Position numbers and translations under genes: made by a program. A stretch of DNA of 63,603 bases, filler included, from Octopus bimaculoides (taxonomy: Eukaryota), in NCBI RefSeq assembly GCF_001194135.2. It is 5 parts of 5 records of this genome, joined end to end, with 100 filler letters (N's around TTAATTAATTAA, not from the genome) between each part and the next. Parts side by side here need not be neighbours in the genome. Positions count along the whole stretch, not along the records: positions 43,812 to 55,420 come from NC_069000.1; positions 55,521 to 59,413 come from NC_068991.1; positions 59,514 to 63,603 come from NC_068989.1; 2 more parts are not named here. One strand, given 5' to 3'. The notes beneath the pieces are model-generated. The model saw only the letters and a list, made by a program, of their open reading frames with translations, did no database searches and was not told the origin of the DNA. This document shows positions 51,742-63,603 of the stretch, in pieces. Each line of letters begins with the position of its first letter. Position 1 is the first letter of the stretch.

Positions 51742-52482
51742 TCAATCATCCTTTCTCTCTATCTCCCTCCCTCTCTCTATCTGTTTCCCTCAGTCTGTCT
51801 CCCTCCCCCTCTCTCTCTCTCACTCTGTGTTTCCCTCTGCCTGTTTCTCTTTCCCCCTCTCGCCCTCTCTTCCTCCCTCTCCCTCTCTCTCTTTCTCTTT
51901 CCCCCTATATCTGTTTCCCTCAGTCTGTCTCCCTTCTCCCTCTCTGTCTCTCCCTCTCTCACTGAGTTTCCCTCTGTCTGTCTCGCTTTCCCTCTCTCTC
52001 CCTCTTTCCTCCCTCTCTCTTCCTCCCTCTCCCTCTCTCTCTTTCTCTTTCTCCCTATATCTGTTTCCCTCAGTCCGTCTCCCTCTCCCTCTCTCACTGT
52101 GTTTCTCTCTGTCTGTCTCGCTTTCCCTCTCTCTCCTTCTCTTCCTCCCTCTACCTCTCTCTCTTTCTCTTTCTCCCTATATCTGTTTCCCTCAGTCTGT
52201 CTCCTCTCCCTCTCTCACTGTGTTTCTCTCTGTCTGTCTCGCTTTCCCTCTGTCTGTCTCACTTTCTCTCTCTCTCCTTCTCTTCCTCCCTCTCCCTCTC
52301 TCTCTCTTTCTCTTTCTCCCTATATCTGTTTCCCTCAGTCTGTCTCCCTCTCCCCCTCTCTGTCTCGCCCTCTCTCACTGTGTTTCCCTGCTGTCTGTCT
52401 CGCTTTCCCTCCCTCTCCCTCTCTCCCTCTCTCCTTTCTTCCCTCTCTCTCTCCCACTCCTGCTCTCCCTCTCCCTCTCTCT
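51742..52482. repeat. Polypyrimidine minisatellite (anchor CCCTATATCTGTTTCCCTCAGTC, about 5 copies, 120-150-bp period)
   Basis: The anchor recurs near 51775, 51902, 52053, 52175 and 52318. Confidence 0.9.
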
Positions 52483-54164
52483 TGATATATACACATAAAC
52501 CCACATACATACACATGTACACACATCTTTAAGTAGTGGTCATTCAATTTTCATAAGTATATGTATCCCCTCTTGAAACTTTAATGAATGGTAACTTAGA
52601 CATAAATCGTTATTATGTAATAAATATATCAACTCTGTTATAGAATACGCTTTACTTAATGGCTCAATATTACAGATGTAATATGAATGTGTATGTGTGT
52701 GCTCTTGCATATGTGCTCTTGCATATGTATGTATATATGCATATATGTATGTATGTGCTTTTGCATATATGTCTGCATATATTAATATATTCAAATATAA
52801 ATGCATGAATATTTATATCCATTTATATGCACACACACATACACACACACTTATGCATATATATATACAGTTACATACATGTATATATAAATATACATCT
52901 ATGCATGTGTGAACTAGTGAATGTAATATAAGCAGAAGAGATCAAAATTTGAGTTACAACAATTGATTAAATCTACCTCAGCATATAACTGGTAATTATT
53001 TGATCAACCCAAAGAAGACTAAGCACTACAAAATTTTAACGTTTTTGTTTTTGTCTTTGGTCAGTAAGTGTTATTTCCGCTTTGCTTCTATCTAGAAATC
53101 AAAGGAAATGACTACTATTCCCTTCAAACTTTGCTTTTGTGACCTGGACATCAATGTTTTGAAACTGACTTATTTTCCATTACATTTCAGACAGATTCAG
53201 TGCTGAGTTGCTGAAGCAGAAATATTGTTATAGCAGATATTCTGCTCAGTACCATTGATTTGTTTGTCAGTTGCTTGACCATAACTACTTGAGCATGTCC
53301 CTTAGTGGCTGACAATATGTGTATCTTTGACCATGAGGAGTAGTGGAGGAGCATCATAGTCGTGTTGAGAAAGATTCTTTGAGGTTTGAATAAATGTAAC
53401 AACAGCAAAGATTGAGGGAAATATTAAGCCATTTTTCATACTTTCTAGGGGTAAGCAAATAAGAAATAACAGTTGCTATCCAAGGACAAAGATCGTGTTA
53501 CACAGTGTAATAAACAAAGACAGTCTTAGCATGATTCCAGAATGAAAGAGGAGCAAATAAGACATCATTATTATCATCATCATCATCATCACCATTGTCA
53601 TTTAACGTCCACTTTTCCATGCTTGTATGGGTCAGATGAAGTTAGATTTAGAGTCAGAATTTCTACGGCCAAATGTCCTCAGTAAGAATCATGGGAACAA
53701 TCATGTGACAGTTTTTCATTGGTTATTACTGAATTTTCTATAAAGAAAGTTCACAATTTTTATTATTTAAAACAATTAAGATTATTTTCTCAATACAGAA
53801 AATAAAATCTCTAAAAAATTGCAAGTCAAATATAATTGAATTATGTGGAATAAAAATAAAAGCAATAAAAATAGATGTAAAGTAAAATAAAACAAATAAA
53901 TGTATAAAACTTTAAAAAAGACATGCAGTTATTCCTCAGTTACTATTAACATTGCCATTAATTTACCACCACCACCACTACTACCACAACCAACACTAAC
54001 ACCACCACCACCAACATTGCAACCACGACTACCAACACTCACCAACACTGCTAAGAGTATTACCATTGATACAATCAAGAAACGCAACCTGGATCACCTT
54101 ATATACATACATACATACATACATACATACATGCACAAATATATACACACATTATATGTATATG

Positions 54165-54203
<39 letters not shown>

Positions 54204-55641
54204 NNNNNNNNNNNNNNNNNNNNNNNNNNNNNNNNNNNNNNNNNNNNNNNNNNNNNNNNNNNNNNNNNNNNNNNNNNNNNNNNNNNNNNNNNNNNNNNNN
54301 NNNNNNNNNNNNNNNNNNNNNNNNNNNNNNNNNNNNNNNNNNNNNNNNNNNNNNNNNNNNNNNNNNNNNNNNNNNNNNNNNNNNNNNNNNNNNNNNNNNN
54401 NNNNNNNNNNNNNNNNNNNNNNNNNNNNNNNNNNNNNNNNNNNNNNNNNNNNNNNNNNNNNNNNNNNNNNNNNNNNNNNNNNNNNNNNNNNNNNNNNNNN
54501 NNNNNNNNNNNNNNNNNNNNNNNNNNNNNNNNNNNNNNNNNNNNNNNNNNNNNNNNNNNNNNNNNNNNNNNNNNNNNNNNNNNNNNNNNNNNNNNNNNNN
54601 NNNNNNNNNNNNNNNNNNNNNNNNNNNNNNNNNNNNNNNNNNNNNNNNNNNNNNNNNNNNNNNNNNNNNNNNNNNNNNNNNNNNNNNNNNNNNNNNNNNN
54701 NNNNNNNNNNNNNNTATATATATATATATATATATATGCATACATATACATATACACATATATATATAAGTATGTATGTATGTGTGTATGTATATATGCA
54801 TGTATGCATGTAAGTATGTATGTGTGTGTGTATATATGTACAGAGGAAGCAAGAGAGAGACAGAGAGAGAGAGAGAGAAAGAAAGAGAATGGGGATACAA
54901 AAAATAAGTTAGGAGGGAAACAAAGTAAAAGACGAGAAATAAAAGAGGGCTGAACAAACAGTAAGACATTGACACACATAAAGAAATAATAAATCTTTTA
55001 AAAACTTGAAACATCATACAGAGAACATAATCCTATTTTGAATAACATTGTCAAAAGCCATACAAAGACAAATTCCTCAAACAATGAGAAATCTTGAGAA
55101 TTGGTGTTAGGAAGTACACAGTTTCATATGGTAATTTATCAATGAAATTTTATGAAAAATCTTACCAACAATATATATATATATTGCCCTAACTCTTCGA
55201 AACGCTTAGATTAGAATAGGGGCAGCTGATAAAGGAAATATTCTCTATGTGGCCTGTTTATTTTCTGCACTCTGTTTATGTTGTTTTTTCATTTTGTCCA
55301 CGTCTTTTTGTGACGTCCTATACCCAGATATGCATCTATATATACAAATAGATGTAAGTTTGTACATACGTGTACGTATATATGCATATACTAACATATT
55401 ATTTGTATTATTATATATATNNNNNNNNNNNNNNNNNNNNNNNNNNNNNNNNNNNNNNNNNNNNTTAATTAATTAANNNNNNNNNNNNNNNNNNNNNNNN
55501 NNNNNNNNNNNNNNNNNNNNGTCTATAGTGACATCCCATGAAATTACAAACTGAAGCATTTTTCAGAAAATTCAAAATCTGAGCTTATTCAGATTTTAAA
55601 AACTTGTGAGTGGATCCCATAGACCGAAACTGAAAGAAACC

Positions 55642-55685
<44 letters not shown>

Positions 55686-56289
55686 ACTCTTACCTAGACA
55701 TCACATGATGGTTGTAAATGAGCATGATAGAAGTGACATTCTTCATTTCTGGTTTTTCATAAAAAACATGTCTAGCTATGGGAAAACAATATCTTGCTTT
55801 TAAACAGGTGAGGGTCAGTCACAAAAAAGGCATCTGGCCATAGAAAATCTGCCTCAACAAATTCATTCTTATGCATGCAAGCACAGAAAAGTGGATATTA
55901 AATGATGATGATATTTACAAGGATGGAAAATTTGCTGTCCTCAGAATATCCTGCTGCTGCTAAATAAGTTTCCTTTTAAGCCATTACATTCTATTTCTCA
56001 GTTCAATTTTCAGTGCAATCACTAAACTAACTGGACTGAAATAAATATACTAAAGCAATCAACATCCTGCTTGGTATTGAGTACAGCTGCAAATATTCTT
56101 TTTAAAATGATCTCACCTAGATCTCTCAAAAATGCTTTATTTTGCTACTCAACACCATGCAATGTTAACTGCTAAAGAATATCATCTCAGGACTCTAAGG
56201 ATTTCATCTCATAGAAAATGCAATTTAGTGTTCAGTTCAGCAGTAAATAGCTTTGTTAATATCTTTGCTATCAACACATTATGTTAATA

Positions 56290-56765
56290 TGTTATTAATT
56301 AGAACTTTTTGTGTATCTATGCATGAATTACGATCCAAACATATAATTTTTCATTGTCTTCATTGCTGCCATATAAAACCTGTATTCATAACATTTGCGC
56401 TCTTTAACTACTTATAATTCTAGTACCTCTTAAACTGGAATAGGTTTACATTTCTAGAGCTATGTCATGTATATTAAATAACACAACTTACACAACACAT
56501 GAATTACTCAATTGACTGACATAAACATCATCATCCTTATTTACCACCCACATTCCATGTAGGCATGCAATATATAAATATCTCTCCCAACAAACACATG
56601 CAAATCTGACCATTATTAATGTTGAATATTTAGCCTATGTATGAATTACAGTCCAAACACAAGTTATCTGAATGCATTGCTGCCAATTTTCAACTTATAT
56701 TCACTACAAGTGTAAGAATGTGTAATACTTATGTACTTTGAATTCTAGTGCCACTTAAACTGGAT
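56290..56765. repeat. Old diverged tandem duplication, period about 320 bp
   Basis: TATG.ATGAATTAC..TCCAAAC, CATTGCTGCCA and AATTCTAGT.C..CTTAAACTGGA each occur twice in the same order. Confidence 0.7.
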
Positions 56766-57078
56766 AAATAAATGGACACTCATACATACAACTTTATTGT
56801 TATAACTAGGAATCCTTTATTCTATAGACACATACATGCTAATATTTTTACATATATAACATATATACAATACACATTTATACACATGTATGCGTGTGTG
56901 TGTATATATATATATTGACAATATTAAAAATAAGGATTACTCCGAAGTAGTAATAACATTACCTTTAATTCTATAATTATATACTGCATTTATTGGATTT
57001 ATGTTAACTGTTGAATAGCATATTTTGAATATCTAACTGAGAGCAAACTGGTAATTGTTTTGGGATAATCCCTTACTT

Positions 57079-57118
<40 letters not shown>

Positions 57119-57120
<2 letters not shown>

Positions 57121-57452
57121 TGGCTGTGTGGTGAGAGGCTTGCTTCCCAAACACATGTATCCATGTTCAGTCCTACTGTATAGCAACTTCAGCACGTGTC
57201 ATCTTCTACAGCCTCAGGCCAACCAAAGCTTTGTGAGTAGATTTGGTCGACAGAAACTGAAAGAAGCCTGTCGTATATATACATATGTAACGTGTGTGTG
57301 TGTAAGCAAAGGTGTGACAGTATGGTATGAAGTTTGCTTCTCAACCACATGGTTTGAGGTTCAGTCCCACAGAGGGCAAGTGTCTTCTACTATATAACTG
57401 GGGCAACCAAAGTCTTGTGAGTCGACTTCATAGACAGAAACTGAAGGAAGCC
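57119..57452 (+). mobile_element. Two tandem CORE-like SINE family B copies
   Basis: Heads at about 57119 and 57305, each followed by AGACAGAAACTGAA.GAAGCC. Confidence 0.8.
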
Positions 57453-57951
57453 AGTCATATATATGCATGTATGTATGTATGTATCTATATACGAGTGTGT
57501 GTATATGTTTGACATCATGTGGTAGTTGCAAATGAGTATCACTGTCACACGATTTGTGCCGTTCCCTTCCAATATCCTGCAAAGACAAGTCTGGCAATGG
57601 GAAAATATCAACTTGCTTGAAAACAAGTGAGGGTTGGTGACAGGAAAAATTTCCATTGGTGGAAAATCTACTTCAATAAACTCTGAGCACCATGGAAAAC
57701 TAGCTGTTAAAATGATGATTATGATGCATAACTTTATGATTTACCTTTTACTTGTTTCAGTCATTGAAAGGTTTAGTTGTACAAATCAACAGCAGTTCTT
57801 ATATTTTAAGTCTGGTACTTACTCTATCAGTTTTTCTTGCCAAACCTCTAATTTACGAGGACATAAATAAAACAAACACCAATTGTCAAGTGGTGGTGAT
57901 GGAACAAAGATACACCACATATACATACATACATACATACATATATATATG

Positions 57952-57987
<36 letters not shown>

Positions 57988-58024
57988 TGTGTGTGTGTGT
58001 GTGTGTGTGTACACACACACATAC

Positions 58025-58178
58025 AACGGTGTTTTAGTTTCTGTCTACGAAATCCACTCACAAGGCTTTGATCGAGTCGGGGCTATATAAAAAAAAAACC
58101 CACTTGCCCAAGGTGCCACGCAGTGGGATTGAACCCAGAACCAGAAGACTGAGAAGCAAACTTCTAACCACACAGCCA
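58025..58178 (-). mobile_element. CORE-like SINE family B
   Basis: CACTTGCCCAAGGTGCCACGCAGTGGGATTGAACCC. Confidence 0.82.
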
Positions 58179-59141
58179 GCATGACACACCTAGAAGCGAT
58201 ACCTTGTAATAATTATTTCGGCTGTCTATGTTGTAAACTGAACCCAGCTGATGTCAACTATGTCTTTGGGGACCCATAAATAAGTACCAGTAAACGGCGT
58301 TTGACTTGTGGGACCGCTGGTGCCGAGTGGGATGCTTTGTGTGATATTTGTACCTATCAGCCATCATGGAAAGAACTGGAAATACACTACGTACGCACTC
58401 ATAGTTAACCACGTTATTCGACCTACTGAGAGCAGACGATACATGATAATGATGATGATGATGATATAAAAGTACATGGAATGTTTGGTGTTCCAAATGA
58501 TGAAGAATATGTATGTGCGAAGTATACGAGATGATGTAGAGTTGAAATTACGTCAAGAACACTGAGCTTGTTTATACAGCACCAGAGGAGAGTATTTAGA
58601 GAAAAGATCAGATGTGATGAGAAGACGAGGTGAAACGCTTAAAAAGGCCTTAACGAAGCGAAGCGAAAATACAACTTTCAGAGGCCACAAAGCATCCACC
58701 CCATTCTTCTGACTAACTAACATAAGTCCTCAAATGAATATTTAGATACATCAAACAGAAAGTGATGAATATATTTATCAATCTTCTACCCATAAATAAG
58801 TATATGTGAGTATATATTTTTTTCTAATGAACTACAATTGTTATCAGAAAAAAACAAAATTCAATGGAAAATGATTTTTGGTTAAGTTCGGTGACAAAAC
58901 CCGGAGAATAAGCTTGTTCCTCGTATAAGTGCGGCTCATTGAATGGTACATTTCACTAATTCTAAATTTTAGAGATATTTAATGTCGAAATAATTATTAT
59001 CTAAAACTTCTTTTTCAAGAATTGTTAATTTATGAAAAACATTTTAATCATTCATAATCTTAAAAAGCTTCCTAGTAATTTAAACAAAGCAACATATATA
59101 TTTAAAATATACGTTTTTAAAGCATTCATGTGTACACACAC

Positions 59142-59224
<83 letters not shown>

Positions 59225-59789
59225 ATATCATTATCCTTGCAGGTTTGTTTAGGTTTTGAAACCTAAACTTAAGGTCTACTTCTCTCAAAAAATTATTATT
59301 TTTCGTCTCACGATTAATTTAGTAGTTATATCATTAAGGTATCGATTACGTGTTCATATCCATTGACAAATATCGGTACCCTAATTACTGATCGTATTTA
59401 TAAAGTGTATTTANNNNNNNNNNNNNNNNNNNNNNNNNNNNNNNNNNNNNNNNNNNNTTAATTAATTAANNNNNNNNNNNNNNNNNNNNNNNNNNNNNNN
59501 NNNNNNNNNNNNNGTGTCAAGCAGTGTCTCTGACATTCCAGCCTGGAGACAGTCTCTTTACGTGTATAGCTGTCACTCTCCATCTTTCGGACTTACACTC
59601 GACAGCTCGCTCACATCTACATAACAACGTCCCAACAACTATGCTCACACACATAGAAGCTGTAACAACAAGAGCTAAAGATGTATATATTTACCACCTA
59701 AATAAAGTGTTGTTTAAGTTGATAGTCTGGAGTTCAGCGTTCCGTTATATTCTCTAATTTTATTTAGGAAAGTCAGGTATACATCTAAT

Positions 59790-60100
59790 GATGTATAACC
59801 AACTTTCCTATAATGTAATGGAGTTAGACGTCGGAGTCACCAATTGTAATAGTAGATGTATCTTTACACGGGTAATGAATCTTGTTCGCAGCTTGTTCAT
59901 AGTTCTTAGCTTCACTGATGAATTCGTATACGTTCAGTTCCACATAATTAATCAAAAGATTAAGTTTATCGATAATCCTACCTTCTTGCCCTGGTAGTGA
60001 GTCTATAAAGTTGGTGAAAGTTCTAAACCAGTGATTAAAAGTTTTATCAGCATTTGTAGAATTTGGGTCTACATTCAATCTGTCCGGTTTCAAGTATCTT
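59790..60100 (-). mobile_element. Gypsy-like gag N-terminal relic
   Basis: KPDRLNVDPNSTNADKTFNHWFRTFTNFI...KLNLLINYV resembles the gag N-terminus of metazoan Gypsy elements (from recall). Confidence 0.6.
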
Positions 60101-60869
60101 TCGCGTCTTTTCTTTCTCTATAGACTACTCTGCAACTTTTCTCAATTGTGTATTTTCAGAAATTAGTTGCTTTGATTGTAATGTATAACCAGTAAATCCT
60201 GGTTCAAAGAAACTAACTTTTAGTCATAGTCCTGTACGTTATTCCGAATGGCCATTCTCTCTTCCTCTTCTTGTCAAATGCTCATGCTCTTATTTGCAAA
60301 ACAGGAAGGAAGTTGTATCATAGCGGTGGATTGCTTTCTCTCATCCTCTGATATGCCTCTGGTGTCTGCTTAGAGCTGCTTGTATTTATAAAAATGCAGA
60401 CCAGCCAGGAAAAGAGATATCGTTGAGAACAACGGGTTGTACGATGTAGGTCAACTCTCATTTCCCCACTTCATAGCATACAGAAGGTTAAGAGTCAAAT
60501 GGAAAGTACATCAATTGACTTCCAAAATGCAACATGCAACAATGTCACTGAAAGAAAGTGGAAGTGCAAGGTATGAATAAAAATAAGAAAGCATGCAAAT
60601 AAAAGTTCAGTTCATGAATAAATGTTCAGTCTATTACAGTCTGATAGGATGCAAGCTGAATCAATTGTAATTTGATATAACAAAGAGGAAATCGAATTAG
60701 GACAGTGTAAGTGTTGAAGGTGTAGTGCTTGGGACGTTCATTGAAAAAAATAAATCTTGTAGGTGTTCGTGTAGAAATTAATGCATTGGTGCTTGTAAAT
60801 CACTCACCTGGAATTTTTTTAAATTTTTTTAAACAGAGCACTTGTATGTATTTCGCCGGCCAGCAGACT

Positions 60870-61655
60870 CTTCACCCGCTTCTTGTACATGTTTGCTGTG
60901 AAGACGTTGAAGTACTTGTAGGAAGTATTGGCGAAGCCATGTCGGTTTGGTGAGGAGTCGACAATGACGATGTAGAATCGGGTTCGACGATAGCTTTCTT
61001 AAGGCAATCAATACTGATAGTATTTTGCTTGCCATTTATGTTGACGACGAAGTATTTCTCCTTTTTCTGTAGTATCCTGTAGGGGGCCTGAGTACGGCAG
61101 ACGAATTTCTGATGGTATTCTATTGTTCCGGACAAAACGTGCGTCCATTGGTTAATGTCCGAGGGGATACATGTGTTGGTGTTCTGCGAAGACATATGTA
61201 CACTGAGACGATGTACATATGTTGTGGGATCAGGAATATCCCATGGAAGAACAGGAGCGATCATCTACCCAGGGAGGGCCAGTGTGGTGCTGTAAACTAA
61301 CTCTGCTGGTGAATAACTGACACCATCCTTGATAGATACACAGATACCGAGCAGAATAAGCGGAAGGAATTCCATCCAATTGGTTATGTCAGGACATGCA
61401 CGTATGGCTGATTTTAGCTGCCTGTGGAATCTCTCCACCATGCCATTTGCCGCTGGATGATATGCCGTTGTGTGGCAGTGTTTGGAGCTGATAAGGTGCG
61501 TGAATTCGCTGAAAAGGTGCAAATCGAACTGCTGTCCTCTGTCTATCATAATGGTTGTAGAGACACCAAAACGTGACACTCAGTGTGATATCAGCATGTT
61601 AGCGACAGTCTCTGCTGAAATAACAAACAGAGGGAAAGCTTAGGGCCATGCCAGA
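60870..61655 (-). mobile_element. Gypsy integrase relic
   Basis: SRFG, D-x35-E spacing (IDRG...TTAYHPAANGMVERFH), SPAELVY, GPY/F-like APYRILQKKEKYF...ISIDCLKKA; frameshift. Confidence 0.92.
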
Positions 61656-62526
61656 GCAGTGCCTTTAGTTGAAGAAATCGATCCTAGGATTTATTCTTTG
61701 TAAGCCTAGTACCCATTCTATTGGTGTATTTTGCCAAACAGCTAAGTTACAGAGTGTAAACACACTGACATCGGTTGCCAAGCGATGGTGGGGGTACAAA
61801 CACAGACACACACAAATATACACATATATATGACAGTCTTCTTTCCTTTTAATAGTTTCACTATGTATATATTATATACACTAGCTGACATACCCGGTAA
61901 TTCCCAAGAAAGCAGGCTTATCCCTTGGTTCCGTTCTCATAATTGTTTCGCTAATCCAGTAACAACAATACAAAGTATGTAGCCCTTAAAACGTTTTTTG
62001 TGTATTTATTGAGAATACCGAACTGTCTTACAAAGGATCTTGTTTTTAGGAATTCCCAATAAGTTATGAATATCAAAATTGTGAAGTCAGTTATGTAATA
62101 ACATGAAATTAATTACACTATAGTAAGAATTCAAATAAAGTAGCCCCGAAAAGGGCTTTAATACGTTCCCAGAGTATATAGATTTTAGGAGGAAATACTA
62201 ATAAGGTATGTATACTAAAATCGTGAAACATGTTACGTAATAACAGGCTAATCAGATATGAGATAATAACAATTCAAAGTAATTAACTGTGAAAAAAAGC
62301 TTTTGTGCATTCCCATACTCTCAGCAGCGCTAGTGTTGGTATATTCATTAATAAGTGACTAATCGAAATAAGTGGATCTATTGTTTAGGAGAATGCTATT
62401 AACTTGTTTAAGCGTTGTATTGGATAAATTGAGAAATAATTAAAATAGTTCAAATATTAAGAAATAAGCATACTGAAAATGAATGGGCTATTTCCCTTGG
62501 TGGTTATTTCCAAGAGGGAATGGGTT

Positions 62527-62917
62527 TGTAGGGAAGTGGTTATACACCGTTAGGTGTACTCCGCTTCCGTACATTAAATTTCTTGAAGAAACAACGGAAC
62601 GCAGATTCTGAACTATCAACACAACAATATTTATTACAATAGAATTCGGCAGCACTTCGCCCTTTGGTTACTGAGACGCCGTCAATGAAGTTGCGTGGTT
62701 ATTTGTGTAGCTCCAGAGTTGGGTTGTTGGAGAGAGGTTGCTACGACGTCTAGGCTCTTCGTTGGCCAGCGAAAGAAGAGAGTGAAAGCGCGAAAGCTTG
62801 GATGTCGATGACTACGCATGCGCATGAGACTCTTCCTGTATTCCTTCCGGAATTAGTCCCTGCTCATGCGTGGATAAAAACTCCGGAAATGTCGTCTGCT
62901 ATAAAGGCGTCACTACA
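62527..62917 (-). mobile_element. LTR (391 bp), probable 3' LTR of a Gypsy-type element extending past the window end
   Basis: TGTAG...CTACA termini; AATAAA on the minus strand about 110 bp from the end; PPT-like GAGGGGGAGCCA (62918-62929) directly upstream on the minus strand; no TSD. Confidence 0.7.
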
Positions 62918-63603
62918 TGGCTCCCCCTCGAGTGCCGAAAGCACGAAAATAGAAATTTGGAGTGGCGCCTGAGGCAAGATGGCTACCGAAAACACCTACA
63001 AGATGTGGCACAAATATATATGAAGAAAAATCAAAGAAAGTGATGTACAATTGTGAGATACATGCATGCAATGTACAAAGGAATTGACAATGACAAAATA
63101 ACCGTGATGACAACTGTCCAGGAAACTGGAATCACGCGATGTAAAAGTCTGATTTTTTGTTTTTTTCTGAAAGGAACGAAAATATATGAGTGCACAAGTG
63201 TGTGTGAGAGAGAAAACACAGAACATAGTAAAAGTGTCTGTAGAGAAAAAACAGTTCGTATTAAAGTTACACACGGAGAATAGAATGTTCATACGCAGGA
63301 GGTTGTGGTCAAGGAGCAGAGCTGTAGTTGAGCGTCGATGCTGGGACCTGTGTTACCTGGTACGGAATATTCTGGCTGGTTAGTTCTGGTCTGTTGATCG
63401 TGAGGGGAAATATCCACTCTAATAGGGTCGAGATAAAACCGTGCTTGTTGATGTTGGTGTTGCTGGCGACGACAATGGTAGACAGTACATTGGTGGTGAA
63501 GACGTCGGCGCTGGAACTGGCTGTAGCTGTGTTCTGTATGTGTGTTTGCGATTGTGTATGCATTGGTAAAGATGTTGACAGTGGTGTGTGTGGTGGTTGT
63601 GAC

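Noticed and set aside
62918-62935. tRNA-Asp primer-binding site (TGGCTCCCC...) on the plus strand
   Set aside because: The AATAAA position orients the LTR on the minus strand, where this sequence reads as a polypurine tract. Not fully excluded.

Overview
This is AT-rich, repeat-saturated animal DNA. The SINE and LINE repertoire and the dense microsatellites look like a coleoid cephalopod such as Octopus (inference, no database search run). It is not prokaryotic: I found no rRNA, true tRNA, CRISPR array or confidently identifiable host gene. Four 100-bp artificial pads (44 N + TTAATTAATTAA + 44 N) split the window into five joined segments, so order across them is an assembly product. Supported content: many tRNA-derived SINEs (one family often as dimers, two of them with their own TSDs, plus a CORE-like family); decayed non-LTR elements (CR1/L2/Jockey-type RT, RTE 3' end, R4/Dong-type RLE ends sitting in (TAA)n, Penelope-like RT relic); DD37D (maT) Tc1/mariner relics; Gypsy gag and integrase relics plus an LTR with a polypurine tract; hAT and Tigger-like MITEs; minisatellites and palindromes. 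The most interesting signal is eight minimal type-I hammerhead-ribozyme-like motifs of Penelope-LTR type, including two head-to-head inverted pairs and a CCGANGA (U4C) core variant. Activity cannot be judged from sequence alone. Almost all entries in the ORF track are microsatellite or N-gap artefacts. Boundaries are read by eye and approximate unless a TSD or TIR is quoted.
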